Position numbers and translations under genes: made by a program
Notes under the pieces: model-generated
Database searches by the model: none
Seen by the model: only the letters and a program-made list of their open reading frames with translations
What the model was told of the DNA's origin: nothing
Assembly: GCA_054600435.1 (NCBI GenBank)
Contig: BAAIJX010000065.1
Coordinates: 1-64,000 of the forward strand
Reading direction: 5' to 3'
Length of the DNA stretch: 64,000 nt
DNA from: Neophaeotheca triangularis
Taxonomy: Eukaryota
Shown here: positions 22,729 to 35,064 of the stretch, one piece after another
How positions within the stretch are numbered: position 1 is the first letter of the stretch
How the letters are laid out: every line of letters starts with the position of its first letter

Positions 22729-25159
22729 TTAAGCCTCTTGGTCCTTGACCTCCTCAGCCTTTGGGTTGAGGTTCTCGCTGCCGCCGTTGGTGGTGGGGGC
22801 CGCGGGCTCGTTGCTGCCGTCACCCGACTGGTTCTTCACGTACTCGTCGTAGACGTTCATGGCCTCGTCAACCTTGGCGCGGAGGGCAGCGTCGTCAGAG
22901 GTGCTGGGAAATTAGTGTCAGTATGTCGTATAAACAGTGTCGTGATTAGAGCAGAACTTACAGGCCAAGGAGCTCCGAGTTTTCCATCTCCAAAAGCATA
23001 CCAGTGATCTTGCCGGCGAGCTCTGGCTGCTGGGCGTGGATCTTAGGGTAGAGAGCCTCGCCGAGCATCTGCTTTTGCTGTTGAGGGGCGACTTGGGAAA
23101 GAGCCTGCATGTCGACGCCCTCGCCAGCACCCATTGGGCCACGCTGCGAAGCACGGCCACGAGACTCCTCCATGCCGCTGGGCATACGACCGCCCATGCC
23201 GCCACGCTGAGAGCCGCCTTGGAAGCCACCACGTCCGCCGCCCATACCAGGGCCACCCTGCATCATCTGAGGGGGAGCGGGCATGCCAGGCATCATGGGC
23301 ATACCTTGGGGCATCGGCTGGCCACGACCGCCACTACCACGTCCACCCATTTGAGCGGCCTGGGCTTGAGCCTGGGCCATCATCTGCGCGTACATGGCGG
23401 GGTTGTTCATGCCGGGCTGCATCATCATCTGAGGGGGCACACCGTATGGCATCTGAGGCATTCCCTGGGCACCACCACGACCGCCCTGCTGGGGCATTCC
23501 ACCGAATCCGCCACGACTGCCTTGCTGGGGCATGCCCTGGGCGAAAGGCATAGCACCGCCACGGCCACCTCCTGGAAGCATCATGGGCTGGCCATTCGGA
23601 CCCATGAACATCTGTGGCTGCATGAACTGAGGAGGGATGGCGCCGCCAGGGCCCTGCTGCTGCATGCGGGATTGGTTGCGAGCCTGGATGCTGGCCTCGA
23701 GCTGGCTCTTGCGGACCTCCTTGCGCTGAGCGAGAGCAACGTAGAGGGGCTTGCCGTGTACCATCTTCTGGTTGAGCTCGGTGACGGCCTTTGTAGCCTC
23801 GTCGGGGTTGGAGAAGCAGACGAAACCGAAACCCTTGCTCTTGCCGAGCAGCTTCTTCTCGCCGCCAATGGTAACAGTGCCCATCTTCTTCTCCAAATCC
23901 TCAACACCGTCAGTTTTGCCCTCACCGTCCTTCTTCTCCTCGTCCTTCTTCTCGTCACCCTCGTCTTTCTGCTCCTTGTTCTCGTCCTCGTTCTCGGTCT
24001 GGACGCTGTCCAGAGGCTGGGTGTCGCGCATGACCTTAGCAGACGTGATGGCACCGTATGGCTCGAAGACCTTGCGAAGCTCCTCGTCGTCAATGTCGTC
24101 CGCAAGGTTCTTAACGTAGAGGTTCACGCCCATGTACCTGGCGCTCTTCTCCTCGCGCGCAGCTTGGTACTGGCGCTTCAGCTCCTCCTCACGCTCGTGC
24201 TTCTTTTGGGCACGGCCGACGTACAACTTCTGGCCCTTGAACTCGGAGTCGTTGAGCTCCTCAACAGCCTTGGCGGCGTCCTCGTGGTTGACGTAATTGA
24301 CGAAACCGAAGCCACGAGTCTTGCCAGTGTCGTTGTCCATTGCAAGCGAGGCAGACGTGACGTCGCCGTACTTCTCGAACAGTTGCTGGAACTCGGCCTG
24401 GGTGGTGTCGGTCTCGATATTCTTGACGTAAATGTTGGTGAAGTTGGCCTTCATCTCCTCGAATTTGCTCATGCGGTCCTTTTTGGGGATGTGGTGACCC
24501 ACGAACACCTTCTTCTCATTGAGCAGCATACCGTTCACGCTCTTGATGGCGCTGTTGGCAGCCTCAGCAGTCTCGTAGTGCACGAATCCATAGCCCTTGG
24601 AGTTACCCATCTCGTCCTGAGCGACCTTGCAGCTGAGAATGTTACCGAACGCGGCGAACGTGTCGTGGAGAGCCTTGTTGTCGATGGCGGCATCAAGGTT
24701 CTTGATGAAGACGTTACCCTGACCAGTCTTGCGCAGAGCGGGGTCACGTTGAGACCACATGATACGGCAAGGTTTGCCCTTGATCAGAGTGTAGTTGAGC
24801 TCCTCGAGAGCGCGCTCGCCATCGCCAGCGTTGTTGTAGTTGACGTAAGCGTAGCCGAGGGAGCGACGAGTGACGGCATCGCGACAGACGCGGATGGAGG
24901 CGACCTGGCCGATGGAGGAGAAAAGCTCAAAGAGCATGGCCTCGGTAACAGAGGGATCTAGCTCTCCGACATACAGAGAGGCTGAGTTTGGGTGAGCAGT
25001 GGAAGGGGCAGCGGAGGTGGGAGTTTCGTTCGTGTCGCCGGCACCAGACACATTGGTGTTTAGCGACGTACCGACGTTGCCTTGAGGCGCGCCCTGGCCC
25101 TCTGGGGGAGGGGAGCCAGCCTGGCCGGCGGGAGAAGTGGTGTTCTGGACGTCGGACAT
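22729..25159 (-). CDS. PAB1: Poly(A)-binding protein; intron 22904-22961
   Basis: Four RRMs ([31 protein letters not shown]) and an MLLE domain ([10 protein letters not shown]). The spliced tail is [19 protein letters not shown]. Confidence 0.98.
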
Positions 25160-25414
25160 GTTTGCGATTTCACGTTGCTATAGCGCGGTGTTAGAGGTGT
25201 CTTGGTTGATAGAGTTGAATATGTGTGCTCGAGGTCGCGCGCGCGGTCGAGGTATCGCTATTGTTCGCTGCTTTTGGAAGGCAGAGACAAAGGAAGGTAT
25301 GGAAGGGGGCAGGAGCGTACTCTTTGTGAAAGGGCCTTTGTGCGGTTTACCGGAGTGAAGACTCGCGGTGATTCGGATGGTTATGTTAGACGCGAAGAGA
25401 GACAACGACAGGCA

Positions 25415-25480
25415 CTGAAGTGGGAAAAGATATGTTAGCTCGCGTGCGTTATGCGACTGGAGAACACGCGTATTACTCAC
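25415..25480 (-). other. Predicted 5'-UTR intron of PAB1
   Basis: Minus strand reads GTGAGT...GCTAAC-ATATCTTTTCCCACTTCAG, 66 nt, about 255 nt upstream of the PAB1 ATG. Confidence 0.7.
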
Positions 25481-26166
25481 GTGCCTAGGTGTTGTGGGTG
25501 AAGGAGTCGGGAGGTTGTGTCGGCGGATGTGGTGGTTGAAGAGAGGAAGCCTTCGGAGCTGGTGGGCAACGAAGGGACAGGCTTTTCTAGGCTTTTCTGA
25601 TTTTTTTTGGACCTTATTCCGAGCAGAGCGACGGGGTGCGGGCTTTGCAGAGGAGAAGACGGGAGTGTTGGAGATGGGGTGGTGTGTTGTGTGTGCGTGC
25701 AAAGGGAAGGTCAAGGGAGAGCGAGCGAGGGAGAGGGATTTCTTTCAAGGCAAGCAGCAACTAGGCACATGCGCTTCCTCGCGCATAGAATAGAATTTTC
25801 AAATGCGGTAAGCGCAGCCAAGACCGAGTATGTCTTGCTTAGGCTGCCTTTTGCGGGATAGCGTCGCCTGGCTCTCGGCTGGCTTCCGACTGGCCGCGAG
25901 CATCCTGCATCACTTCATCCACCATCCACCATCTACCCTACCATCCACCGGGCATCGACCAGCCACCAACCTCACGACTGACACTCAATGATGATAGTTG
26001 ACACACACTAAAATAGGCACACCTACAGCGTACGTCCTGTTGCATGTTTGTTTGGGAGAACCTATCTCTATATGCCGATACCGCTCGTAACACGTCTCGT
26101 ACGCACATTCGCATGACTGCTTGCATCCTCGTCCACGGCCAGTAAGTCAAACTACTCGTAGCCACC

Positions 26167-27354
26167 ATGTTCAAAGGCCGCTACAACAACGGCGCACCTT
26201 CAAGAGGAGGCGGGCGCGGAGGCAAGAGAGGTGGTGGGAGTAGTAGGGGCGGGAGTGGCGGCTTCTCAAAGAAGAGTCCAAGGGGTCTCTTCGCGGATGG
26301 CATCTGGCACTGTGAATGCACACCACGCTTGCCAGCCGAACACTTCAAAGTCAAGAAAGAGGGCGCGAATCAAGGGCGCTGGTTCTACACCTGTCAGATG
26401 GCCGATCCAAAGCGCTGTGGCTTCTTCCTATGGGACGAGGACGCTAAGCCGAGAGAGGAAGCTGCGGTATTGAGTAATAGTAGGAATGAACCAGATAAGG
26501 GCAACCGGACCAGAGTTGCGACGGACAATGACATGCCCAGAGGGACGCATAGGAAAGAGCATAAGCAGAATGCGCCAGCCACTCCAACGCCTGCTCGGAC
26601 CCGCCACGAAGGATCTCCAACTGTGTCGCCTTCGCCTCCTCCTCCATACAGCTCGCAGACTCAAGCTATGAAACGAACGGCTCAGAACGCAGGCTTCGAT
26701 GACGAAGACGAGGCATTCGACTGGCCTCTGATAGCCGTCGAGGAAGAAGAAATGGCCGAAGCCGCAGACGCTTCAAACCTTCAGACACCACACAAAGCTC
26801 AAAAGACCGGCATCTACGCCACCCCATCCACCACAACAACGGACACAACCTCCAAGCGCAAACTTCCCTGGCTCGCAGAACCTACAACACCCACCTCCGC
26901 CAAGAAATCCAACGACTACTTCACAACACCCTCCAAACCCCCTCCCGCAAGCGCAAGCTCCACCCAAACCCTCCCAGCCCCAGTTACCCCCTCCGCCGTC
27001 GCTCCCCCTACGTTCCCGCACTCACCCTCACCCCTAAACCGCAAAAAGAATGCCCTTACCAACCCCGCCGACTCTTCCAGCTCCCTGACCACTGAAGCCC
27101 TCTCCATCCTCTCCACCACACCCATCACACCAGATGTCCGCGAAAACCTACGTTCCGCGCTCTCAAAACACGATCTCAGAACGCAAGGCATTGTGAAGGG
27201 CAGAGATATTTCACGATTGGCGCTGAAAGCCAAGGATGCGAAGATTGCAGAGTTGCAGGCGCGGGTCGCGAGTTTGGAAGCCGAGAGGGAGGTTGATAGG
27301 GGTGTTGTGAGGAAGTTGAGGTGGGATTTCGAGAAGGGTGAGGGGTTAGGGTAA
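26167..27354 (+). CDS. GRF zinc-finger protein with RGG N-terminus and C-terminal coiled coil
   Basis: CEC...VKKEGANQGRWFYTC....RCGFFLW matches zf-GRF. Confidence 0.85.
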   Translation: MFKGRYNNGAPSRGGGRGGKRGGGSSRGGSGGFSKKSPRGLFADGIWHCECTPRLPAEHFKVKKEGANQGRWFYTCQMADPKRCGFFLWDEDAKPREEAAVLSNSRNEPDKGNRTRVATDNDMPRGTHRKEHKQNAPATPTPARTRHEGSPTVSPSPPPPYSSQTQAMKRTAQNAGFDDEDEAFDWPLIAVEEEEMAEAADASNLQTPHKAQKTGIYATPSTTTTDTTSKRKLPWLAEPTTPTSAKKSNDYFTTPSKPPPASASSTQTLPAPVTPSAVAPPTFPHSPSPLNRKKNALTNPADSSSSLTTEALSILSTTPITPDVRENLRSALSKHDLRTQGIVKGRDISRLALKAKDAKIAELQARVASLEAEREVDRGVVRKLRWDFEKGEGLG

Positions 27355-27783
27355 TTGGTGAAGGGGGTGGGATAGACACGGGGAAGGGGATCTGGTTTCG
27401 TTTGTTGCTTGATGGGTGCAGGGAGTGCAAGGGATGTAGGGTTCAAGGCAACGCAAGGACAGTTTCTCAGAGATACCCATACGGCGCCAGACATGTGCGC
27501 GCTACGCAGTATAGCATTATAGCATACAAAGCAATTTTCTTCAATCACGGCCTTGGCATCGTAGACAAACCGACTTCTCAAACGGCAGCGTTGCATAGAA
27601 GCGCCAACCCAGACCGGAACACAAACACGACCGAGATGGGCAAAAAGCAGTAGACCAATCGAAACATTCACGACGAATTATAACAATCGCTCCGGTACCA
27701 CAGCAACTTCCATCACCCTCACCATATCAAATTCCCCTCTGCCACTCCCCTTCCCACTAAATTTTCCAAACCTCGTTCGACTT

Positions 27784-29854
27784 CTAAGAACACCCCCCAT
27801 TGACCAAACAATGCAACTTCCACTCCTGCATCCACTCCTGCACAAACTGCACTTCCTGCGCTTGCGCATCTCTCACCGGCTGCGGAGGGAAAGTCGCGTT
27901 GGATTGATTGGCGAAGACGCTAAAAAGAAAAAGAAAATCAGCCACTCAAGCCCTCGAGCAGACCCTCGCCGCGCGTAAATGCGGAAGCGACGAATGATGC
28001 CAAAAGCAGATGATGCTGGCGGGAGGTGTAGGTGACTTACCCGTTCTCGTCCCAATGGTGCACGGCGCCTTCGATCAGGATGAAGGGCTCGCTGGCCGTG
28101 CTGTTGCGGCGCGGGGCGCCTTGGTCGAAAGCGTGAGGGCCGGCGGGGCGCCAGGGGTCGACTTGGCCGTCGATGTTGGCGAGGCGGGGGTAGGAGATGC
28201 CTTTTTGGAGGTGTCAGCGGAGCCTTTCTTTGGGGTTGATTGGTGTTTGCAACGGGGCTTGGAGCTTACTGTAGCCGCCGTATTTGTTGATCCGGTCGAC
28301 GTCCGGTGGGGTGGTGATGTTGAAAGCTTCCCTGCAGATGGTAGACGTGTACTCGAGATCTATCTGGCGGGAAATGACGGGGAGTTGGTCTTCAGGGACG
28401 CCGGAGCCGGTCTGTAAGTAGCCCCACTCGGTGCAGTATTGGTAGGGCCAGAGGCGCCAGGTATCGTCCAGCGAGTCTTGGGCGTAGAAGGTCGAGTTGT
28501 ACTGCGTAAAGCACTGGTCTTGCGTTTCGCCACCTTCGGTGCAGGCTGAGACGGCTGTGAGATTGACATAGCCTATGTAGTTTAGCATCGCCGTTACCGT
28601 GGTGTCGTTAGCATCGTATCCGCCTGCTTCGATTAAATTCGAGGCTACGCCACTGAGTTCTTCTGTTCCGGGATGCAGGACTGTGGTAGAGGTGATGTTG
28701 TTGCAGTAGTTGTAGAACTCGGGCGAGCTGACTTCGGGATCCCAGTTTAGACTCTGCCAGTAAGCTATGCCGGTGGAGATGGTGTTTGCGAAGTCCTTTA
28801 CGTAGGTCACGTTGGGTAGGCCGAAAGCTTCTTGGAGGTCGGCGGTGAGCTCTTCGTCGTCTTGCGAGAGGATATTGTCGACAATATCGATAAGCTCTCT
28901 TTGCGTGGCGATACACTCAGGTGGTCCGTATTCCGCTACTGGCTCGTAGTATTCCCAGTAGTCGTAGATTGCTTTGGGTACACCTGAGCTGCTAATGGCG
29001 CCGAAGAAGGTATCGGGGTAGATTTTGCGTAGGAAGGCTACGAAGGCGCCGGCATAAGATCCACCGTAGGTGATCCAAGCCGTCGTCTCAGATGTGAGGT
29101 CGCCGTATTCTTCAAGACCTTCGAACTGCACATTTTGGGCAAAGTAGGCCTGATCAGCTAACGCTTGTTCTGTCGTCAGGAAACGCAGATTTTCGGTCGA
29201 CAGGTCTTCGGTCGGTACACTTGTTCCGTAATAACGATGCTCCAGAATGACGCCGATGCCGTTTGTCGCCTTGGTGAGGATGTTGACAATGCCCTTCTGT
29301 AGGAAGGGCAACCGGCCAACGCCTGAGGTTTCGCCAGACTGCAATACAATCACTGGGCCGCCGGGCTTGTAGTATTGCGCATCGAACCAGTATCGTAGAT
29401 TGAACTTGCCGTCCGTGTGAGGCTCGTACATGCTCTCGTTCTGGAAGTGGTCGATTGGCACCGAGAAGTTGTATTCTGGGTATAGCAGCTCCGGGTCCGT
29501 ATCCTCTCGCTTGAATAGGCCATACCGAACTGATTCGAGCTGCCTAAGGTATTAGCACTTGACGAGATCATTTGCGAATGCTACCCTGTAGCAGTCTCTG
29601 CTGTGGTCCCTCTCAACTGTCCACAGGAGACTCGGCTGCTGCATCTTTTCGCGAACAGTGACCTCGAGCGAGACGCTCTTGGGTCTGCATTGTCGCCTCT
29701 ACCATGTGGAATGTGAAGTGTGAATGCCAATTCAAAATACGAGGCCACGTACCTCTTTTCTGGCCTCTCCAACAGTCTTATCCTTTCCGATCAAGCTTTC
29801 ACTGAAGCCTGCTACCAACGGCAGACAAGCTGCGAGGTGTGCTAAGCTTCTCAT
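27784..29854 (-). CDS. Secreted serine carboxypeptidase, family S28; introns 27920-28040, 28201-28269 and about 29540-29752
   Basis: Signal-peptide-like N-terminus, PIDHF, LEHRYYG, nucleophile GGSYAG, YQYCTEWGY, DPW and AVHHWDENG. The first intron's acceptor is uncertain. Confidence 0.9.
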
Positions 29855-30560
29855 GCTGGGCGAGTATATTGGTGCTATACAAGAGAGACAAAGGAAGAGG
29901 AGGAAGATAGAGCCGCGGCGAACAGCGAGCTATGTATAGTATAATGATAAAGGCCTAGCGCAAGAGCAAAGACTACCTAGGTAACATTATATATCTACGC
30001 TACGCTACTTAGGTACCTCTGTTGAACGTTGCACATGTTGAAACGGGGCACGAGACTCCAGCGTGAGGTGTAGATCTTTACGAGAGGGGACCGGACAACA
30101 AATGAGGTAGACCTTTGCCAAACTCGATGCGGCAGGTCATGAACTTAACTCCCTGCCTACCTACCTAACCTAAGGTACCTACCTTATCAGTGCCCTGTGG
30201 ATTTGTTGACGACGTGACGTCGAGGAAGAGCGGAGTTAGGTAGTTTCGAGTCCACGCGAGCCTAGCGTTTCTATCCCGATTAGGAAGGCACTTTCTCGGA
30301 CCTCACTTCTTCGTCTTAACGGGTGCTCAATGCTCATAGTACTTAAGTGTGTACTGTCTTCGATCAAGAAAAGGCACAAAACGTGTCGGCGAGTGCGATT
30401 ATGCCAGTCCAGTGCGGACAAAGCGTTTGGAGAGCAACAATAGGACGACTCAACTAAATAGCAGGTCAAATTACCCGGTCGTGAACATTGGAGAGAGGAA
30501 AGATTTTTTTTTTTCAAAACAACCATATGGGTTGCCGACGGCATATTAGAACAACTAAAG

Positions 30561-30670
30561 AAGCAGCCCGATTATAAACCTAGGAGCCCTTTCGAAGCCC
30601 GCTATCAACACCCTCAAGCATCCCGATTATGAACCTGGGAGCCCTTCGGGAAGCCCGCCATCATCACCCT
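30561..30670. repeat. Imperfect tandem duplication, 2 copies of about 55 bp
   Basis: AAGCAGCCCGATTATAAACCTAGGAGCCC..AAGCCCGCTATCAACACCCT versus AAGCATCCCGATTATGAACCTGGGAGCCC..AAGCCCGCCATCATCACCCT. Confidence 0.9.
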
Positions 30671-30868
30671 GTCTTCTCCCGTATAACAGATATAGACTGA
30701 CTCGACACCGGCCTGCGAAGCTCGCTTTCTAAATGTAGAGACTCGAAGTCGCCCATTGGCCCGGAAACGCACAGATTAACGCCAGTGACCCTTACCTTCG
30801 GAATTCGACATTACACCGTACACATGCAGCTTAACCTTACCATTTGTTGTCATCTGTTGTCACCGCGC

Positions 30869-31663
30869 CTAAGGTACGCGGAGAATGACCTGCCCCGTCG
30901 AAGAACTGATCCATTGGCCGTTCCGGTTCAGTTTGCATTCCTCGTTCTGGCCGGGACTTACCAGCTGGATACGACGCAACCCCGGAAGGCTCCGTGCAAT
31001 GTTCGCCTGGACGTTGGGCTGTTGAAGTAGGTCCGAGATGACTGTCCCGCCAACGCCAGTGTTTGGTCGGCTCTGGTGAAGGATCAACGTCTTGAGGCCT
31101 TCCCCTACCCTTTCGCGAATTGCGCAAATGTCTCGGGCGGCCACGTGATTGGCAACATTGACAGCCTGCGCAGTAAGTGTTGTGTAGGCGACGTAGGGGC
31201 CGGGCGCCAAGAGGCCATTGGTTGATGCGTGGCGAAGAAGGTCTGCGTCGTTGAGGCTGAGGAATTGTTCCCCCAGAGCGTCGTAGTCCATTTCCAATGT
31301 GCGGACCATTCCTGTGCGGAGCCTGGACGAGAACAGGTTGAAGAACCTGCTGAGGTTAGTCTCGGCGCTTATTCTGGCCCGGAAGCGCATGTCGAAGTTT
31401 TGCATGCGATAGTACATTCTCGACACTTCCTGATGAATTCTGCGTGTGGCCATAAGGATTGCTGGAGAGCGGTCCTCCAGCTGGCGGGGTATGTTGACGG
31501 TTCGCACATAGGGATATCTCGCAATGAGCGTCGTTGGAACGACTGCAATTGGTCGATTGCGTTGTGCTTCCAACAAGTGTTCGTAGACGAGCGTGCGAAC
31601 CTCCTCAGGCAAATCCATGAAGTTTGGCCCAACTAGTTCCCGACCATGAGGCGCCATTGCCAT
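30869..31663 (-). CDS. Hypothetical protein with F-box-like N-terminal motif
   Basis: FMDLPEEVRTLVYEHLL...PAILMATRRIHQEV..MYY pattern. Start placed at ATG 31663 because the upstream open frame (to 31801) contains an ACTAAC..CAG intron-like end. Confidence 0.7.
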   Translation of the reverse strand: MAMAPHGRELVGPNFMDLPEEVRTLVYEHLLEAQRNRPIAVVPTTLIARYPYVRTVNIPRQLEDRSPAILMATRRIHQEVSRMYYRMQNFDMRFRARISAETNLSRFFNLFSSRLRTGMVRTLEMDYDALGEQFLSLNDADLLRHASTNGLLAPGPYVAYTTLTAQAVNVANHVAARDICAIRERVGEGLKTLILHQSRPNTGVGGTVISDLLQQPNVQANIARSLPGLRRIQLVSPGQNEECKLNRNGQWISSSTGQVILRVP

Positions 31664-32405
31664 GAGTGCCTCCCTGTTGGTGTCTGCAAGACGGCGTCTG
31701 TTAGTATGTGTGTTTATCGTGCGTTGAACTGAGAGATATGTGGTAAAAATGGGAAGGAAATCAGAAGAACCCTTTTTGGTGGGTTCGAGTCCACAACCCA
31801 TATACTTGCCTCAAGGTCTAACAAAGGGGTCAACACTCAAAGACCATATAAAGGCATCATTGGAACTCTGTGCCATCAGACAATAGTCATTGTGCCTTCT
31901 TTGTCTACATGTTGGTTGGGAGACTCGACGAGCACTCGACAGGCCACAGCCTACACGTGACCAATGGTCCGCGAGCCCCTGGATTCTTACCTCAACCTCA
32001 CCTCACTTATCCTACGTATGCGCTCCTAATGCATGACCTGGCACTCGGACCACGCCCGCAGTAGCTGCTGCTGCCTAGCGGCCACGTGAAGACGGAACCT
32101 CACCTTCACTAACCTCGAATACCCTCAAAACAACATCTGACCGTCGTCCACACTTTCACTCTCACTCTCGACCCATACCTTCACCAAACGCAGGAACAAC
32201 ACCACTACCACAACAATCACCATATCCACCACACACCACCACATACCATTGCAACCTTCTGCAACGCTCACAGACCCATACCATACCATCACAACATCCT
32301 TCAACACCACCAAACACACTGCCAGCTCCTCTCCACGCACAAGACCTACCATATTCAACGCTCAGACAACCATCCACGCCATCAATAACAACCACAACAA
32401 CAACA

Positions 32406-32967
32406 ATGGGTGCCGCACACTCCATCGAGGCCCGTCGCGAGATCCGCTTCTACCCCAAGTGCGGGTGCGCCTTCGTCCAGCCCCTGGCCGAAGGGCAGCG
32501 CAAGCACGCGCCCTGGGTCCTTATCAAGGTCGACCGTACCGTCGAGGTGCTCGACAACTTCTTCACGCTCGTCGTGGTCGCCGACGTGGAGTGCGTCTCT
32601 TGCCAGATCGCGGTCCAGCATCTGGCCAACGACATGCTGGTGTCTTTCGCCCACACCGACTGGGAGAAATTCGTCACGTTGTGGGGTGGCGACCCAAACG
32701 ACCCGGAGTACAGATCGGAAGAGGACGAGTTGACCAACGCTTTCAAGTGGGGAGCGAGCAAGCTCCGCAGGATCGAGCACAAGTTTAGGGACATGGTCGA
32801 CTGGCAGAAGATCGACGAGGCGTAAGTGTTTCTCCCTCTGACAAGGGCTTTCTGCTTTGCGGGGTAGTCTTGCTTAACGGGTTAGGTACATCTTGAGCAA
32901 CGTTGGCGTCGAAGAGGAGCAGGCGGAGGATGAGCAGATGGAGGATGAGCAGATGGAAGATCAGTAG
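32406..32967 (+). CDS. Hypothetical protein, candidate N-myristoylated; intron 32822-32885
   Basis: CAACAATGG start context, MGAAHS N-terminus and strong C/G third-position bias. GTAAGT..CTTAAC..TAG splicing adds AYILSNVGVEEEQAEDEQMEDEQMEDQ. Confidence 0.7.
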
Positions 32968-34198
32968 GGTCAAGCGAAGTAGGGGGCACAAGGCAGATAG
33001 CAGAGAGAGGAGTGTGCGGCTGTTGGCGGCACTATCCTATTACTCTTTGTTAGCACACAAATTTCTTTTCGCGGGTAGCATTAGGGCACCAATTTAACGG
33101 CAGCATTGATGGAACAAAGACCGTTTTCAGACTCACTTAATCCCTCTCTTGTGAATTCCAGCCCATCAGTAATGCATTGTCCTCATGAATTGTCTTCCAA
33201 AGCTACCTAGGTAGTAGTCCCTAGAACACAACGACAAAACTCTGACAATCACCCTAGTAAATTCAAAGCCTTTGCTAACCTCCCAAATATTTTGAAGGCC
33301 AAACACCATCCGCAAGCCCCGCCTCCGGCCAAGAAGTAGGCAATCAGGCACCCAACCACCTCCACTAAAGCTGCTGATTAGCGCTCCAGATCACCGGCAG
33401 ACCCCACGGAGTACGTGAGCGCAAGTCGCCTTCCACTACCAGGAGCCAAAAAAGAACCAAAAGTGACAGCCTAAATGATTAGATCAATCCCATGTAACTG
33501 TGAATGTATTCTCGAGTCTAACTCCCCGGCCGATCCAAAGCAGAACAGCGAGCATGAACCCCTACCGTAGGAGCCGACCAGAAGAGCCTGTCTCGCTAGG
33601 TTAGCACGCATGGTATCTTCCCGGAAGCCGTTTTCATTAGCCCGAGGCCGACTGGGGTTGTTGGGAAAGTAGCCTCACAAGTCTGTCGAGCACATTTCGA
33701 TCGCGGAGATGCTTTTATAAAGCTATCTCTCGGCGCATTCTAGAATAGAATGAGGGTCTTGCGCACATCTCCCTTGAAGGATGATAAGTGGGTTCAGGCT
33801 CCTATGGAGACATCTGAGTACAGCCGAAGAAGGGGTTGGTGGTTGCTGGGAGCCGTACAAGCAGTTGTTGGTTTACCCCGAGCGAGGCTCTCGGCGGATG
33901 TAAGAGTCCAGAGCTCGGCACCTTTTACCAGAAGCGCTTGCAGAAGTCGCCTGCTTAACTGCTACTGGGCCAGGCAAGCCAGCGGAGATTTTATGAAATA
34001 TTGCGCTGAGAAGGGAAACGTCCTTGCGATGCGGTTTGAAGAGCCGCGCTCGGGCGATGATTCTCATCTGTAACAACAGCACTCGATACATCCAGGAGCC
34101 AGCCAATGCACAGCTTCGTAGTTCCTCCATACAACGTTGAACCAACTCTGCTGCTCGTTCTCTGCCAGGGACACCGCATTAAAAATCCTGAAATATCC

Positions 34199-34914
34199 TC
34201 AAGAGCTCCCAGCCTCCACGACAGCAACATCGTCAATGGCAACATACGCCGATGTATCGCAATGCACTTGCAATCGAATCATCGCCCGGCTATTTACCAA
34301 TTCACGCTGCGAGGCGATTTGGCTGTACTGCGCCCACTGTCGCGTAAGTCGTGGATACAGTCTCGGACAAGCAGTTTCGGACTCGGAACCGCAGATGCGG
34401 ACGTAGCATTGAGGGGAGATGCCTGAGCCTGCGGGTAAGACTCGCAAGTATGCGCTGCTGGTGTATGCTCGTCCTGGTAAGATGTTGTAGGTTTGCGAGA
34501 GAGAGAATTCTGCTACGACTCCGCTGGTTTGGGTGGGAGGGCCACCTGGGAGGCTTGGGACTGGGTTGACGCTCAGGAGGCTGATGATGTCAGATCTTGC
34601 TGTCTATGCTCACAGAAGGGCTGGAATGCGGCTTACAGGTATCTGCTTCCTGTGCGAGGTGTGAAGGGGCCTGCTCCCGTCACCACCCAGCTGGAGAAGG
34701 TGCCTCGCAGTCTTGTTTGGAAGGGCAAAGGGCCCTCGCTTTCGAAGCTACCGTCGTTGATTAAATTCTGGAGGGTTGATACGGATCTTTCCAAGAGCGT
34801 GGCGGTGGTCGTTACAGTAACTGGAGGAGCAGTTACCGTTACGGGTGTGCATTGAGAAGAAGCGTCGGTTGTGCACATCCATGCACAGAGCATGAGAAAG
34901 AATGGCGATCTCAT
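34199..34914 (-). CDS. Secreted protein (219 aa) with Thr-rich linker and CBM/galactose-binding-like domain; intron 34581-34636
   Basis: Splicing GTAAGC..CTGAC..CAG joins two ORF-track fragments in frame. It has a signal-like MRSPFFLMLCAWMCTTDA and the NLINDGSFE ... VAIDDVAV ends typical of CBM4/9-like beta-sandwiches. Confidence 0.72.
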
Positions 34915-35064
34915 TTTGCCCGGTCCTGGATCGACATACTCTGGTAAACGCAGCCATTCCTGGGCTTGGGCATGCCGGGATGTTATAAGAAGCACCAAGC
35001 CAAGCATGCCTCGCATATGTTGTTTTCGCTGGCATCGCTAGGTGGCACAAACTCAGGCCAGATC

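Noticed and set aside
23036..24961. 641-aa antisense ORF over PAB1, and similar shadows over the transporters, ATP1 and VPS60
   Set aside because: Explained by strong C/G third-position codon bias on the coding strand. No motifs or plausible start context.
31776..31800. GGGTTCGAGTCC resembling a tRNA T-loop
   Set aside because: No acceptor, D or anticodon stems could be built around it.
33750..34073. 107-aa ORF with an upstream TATA-like word
   Set aside because: No recognisable domain or codon bias. Cannot be supported without expression data.
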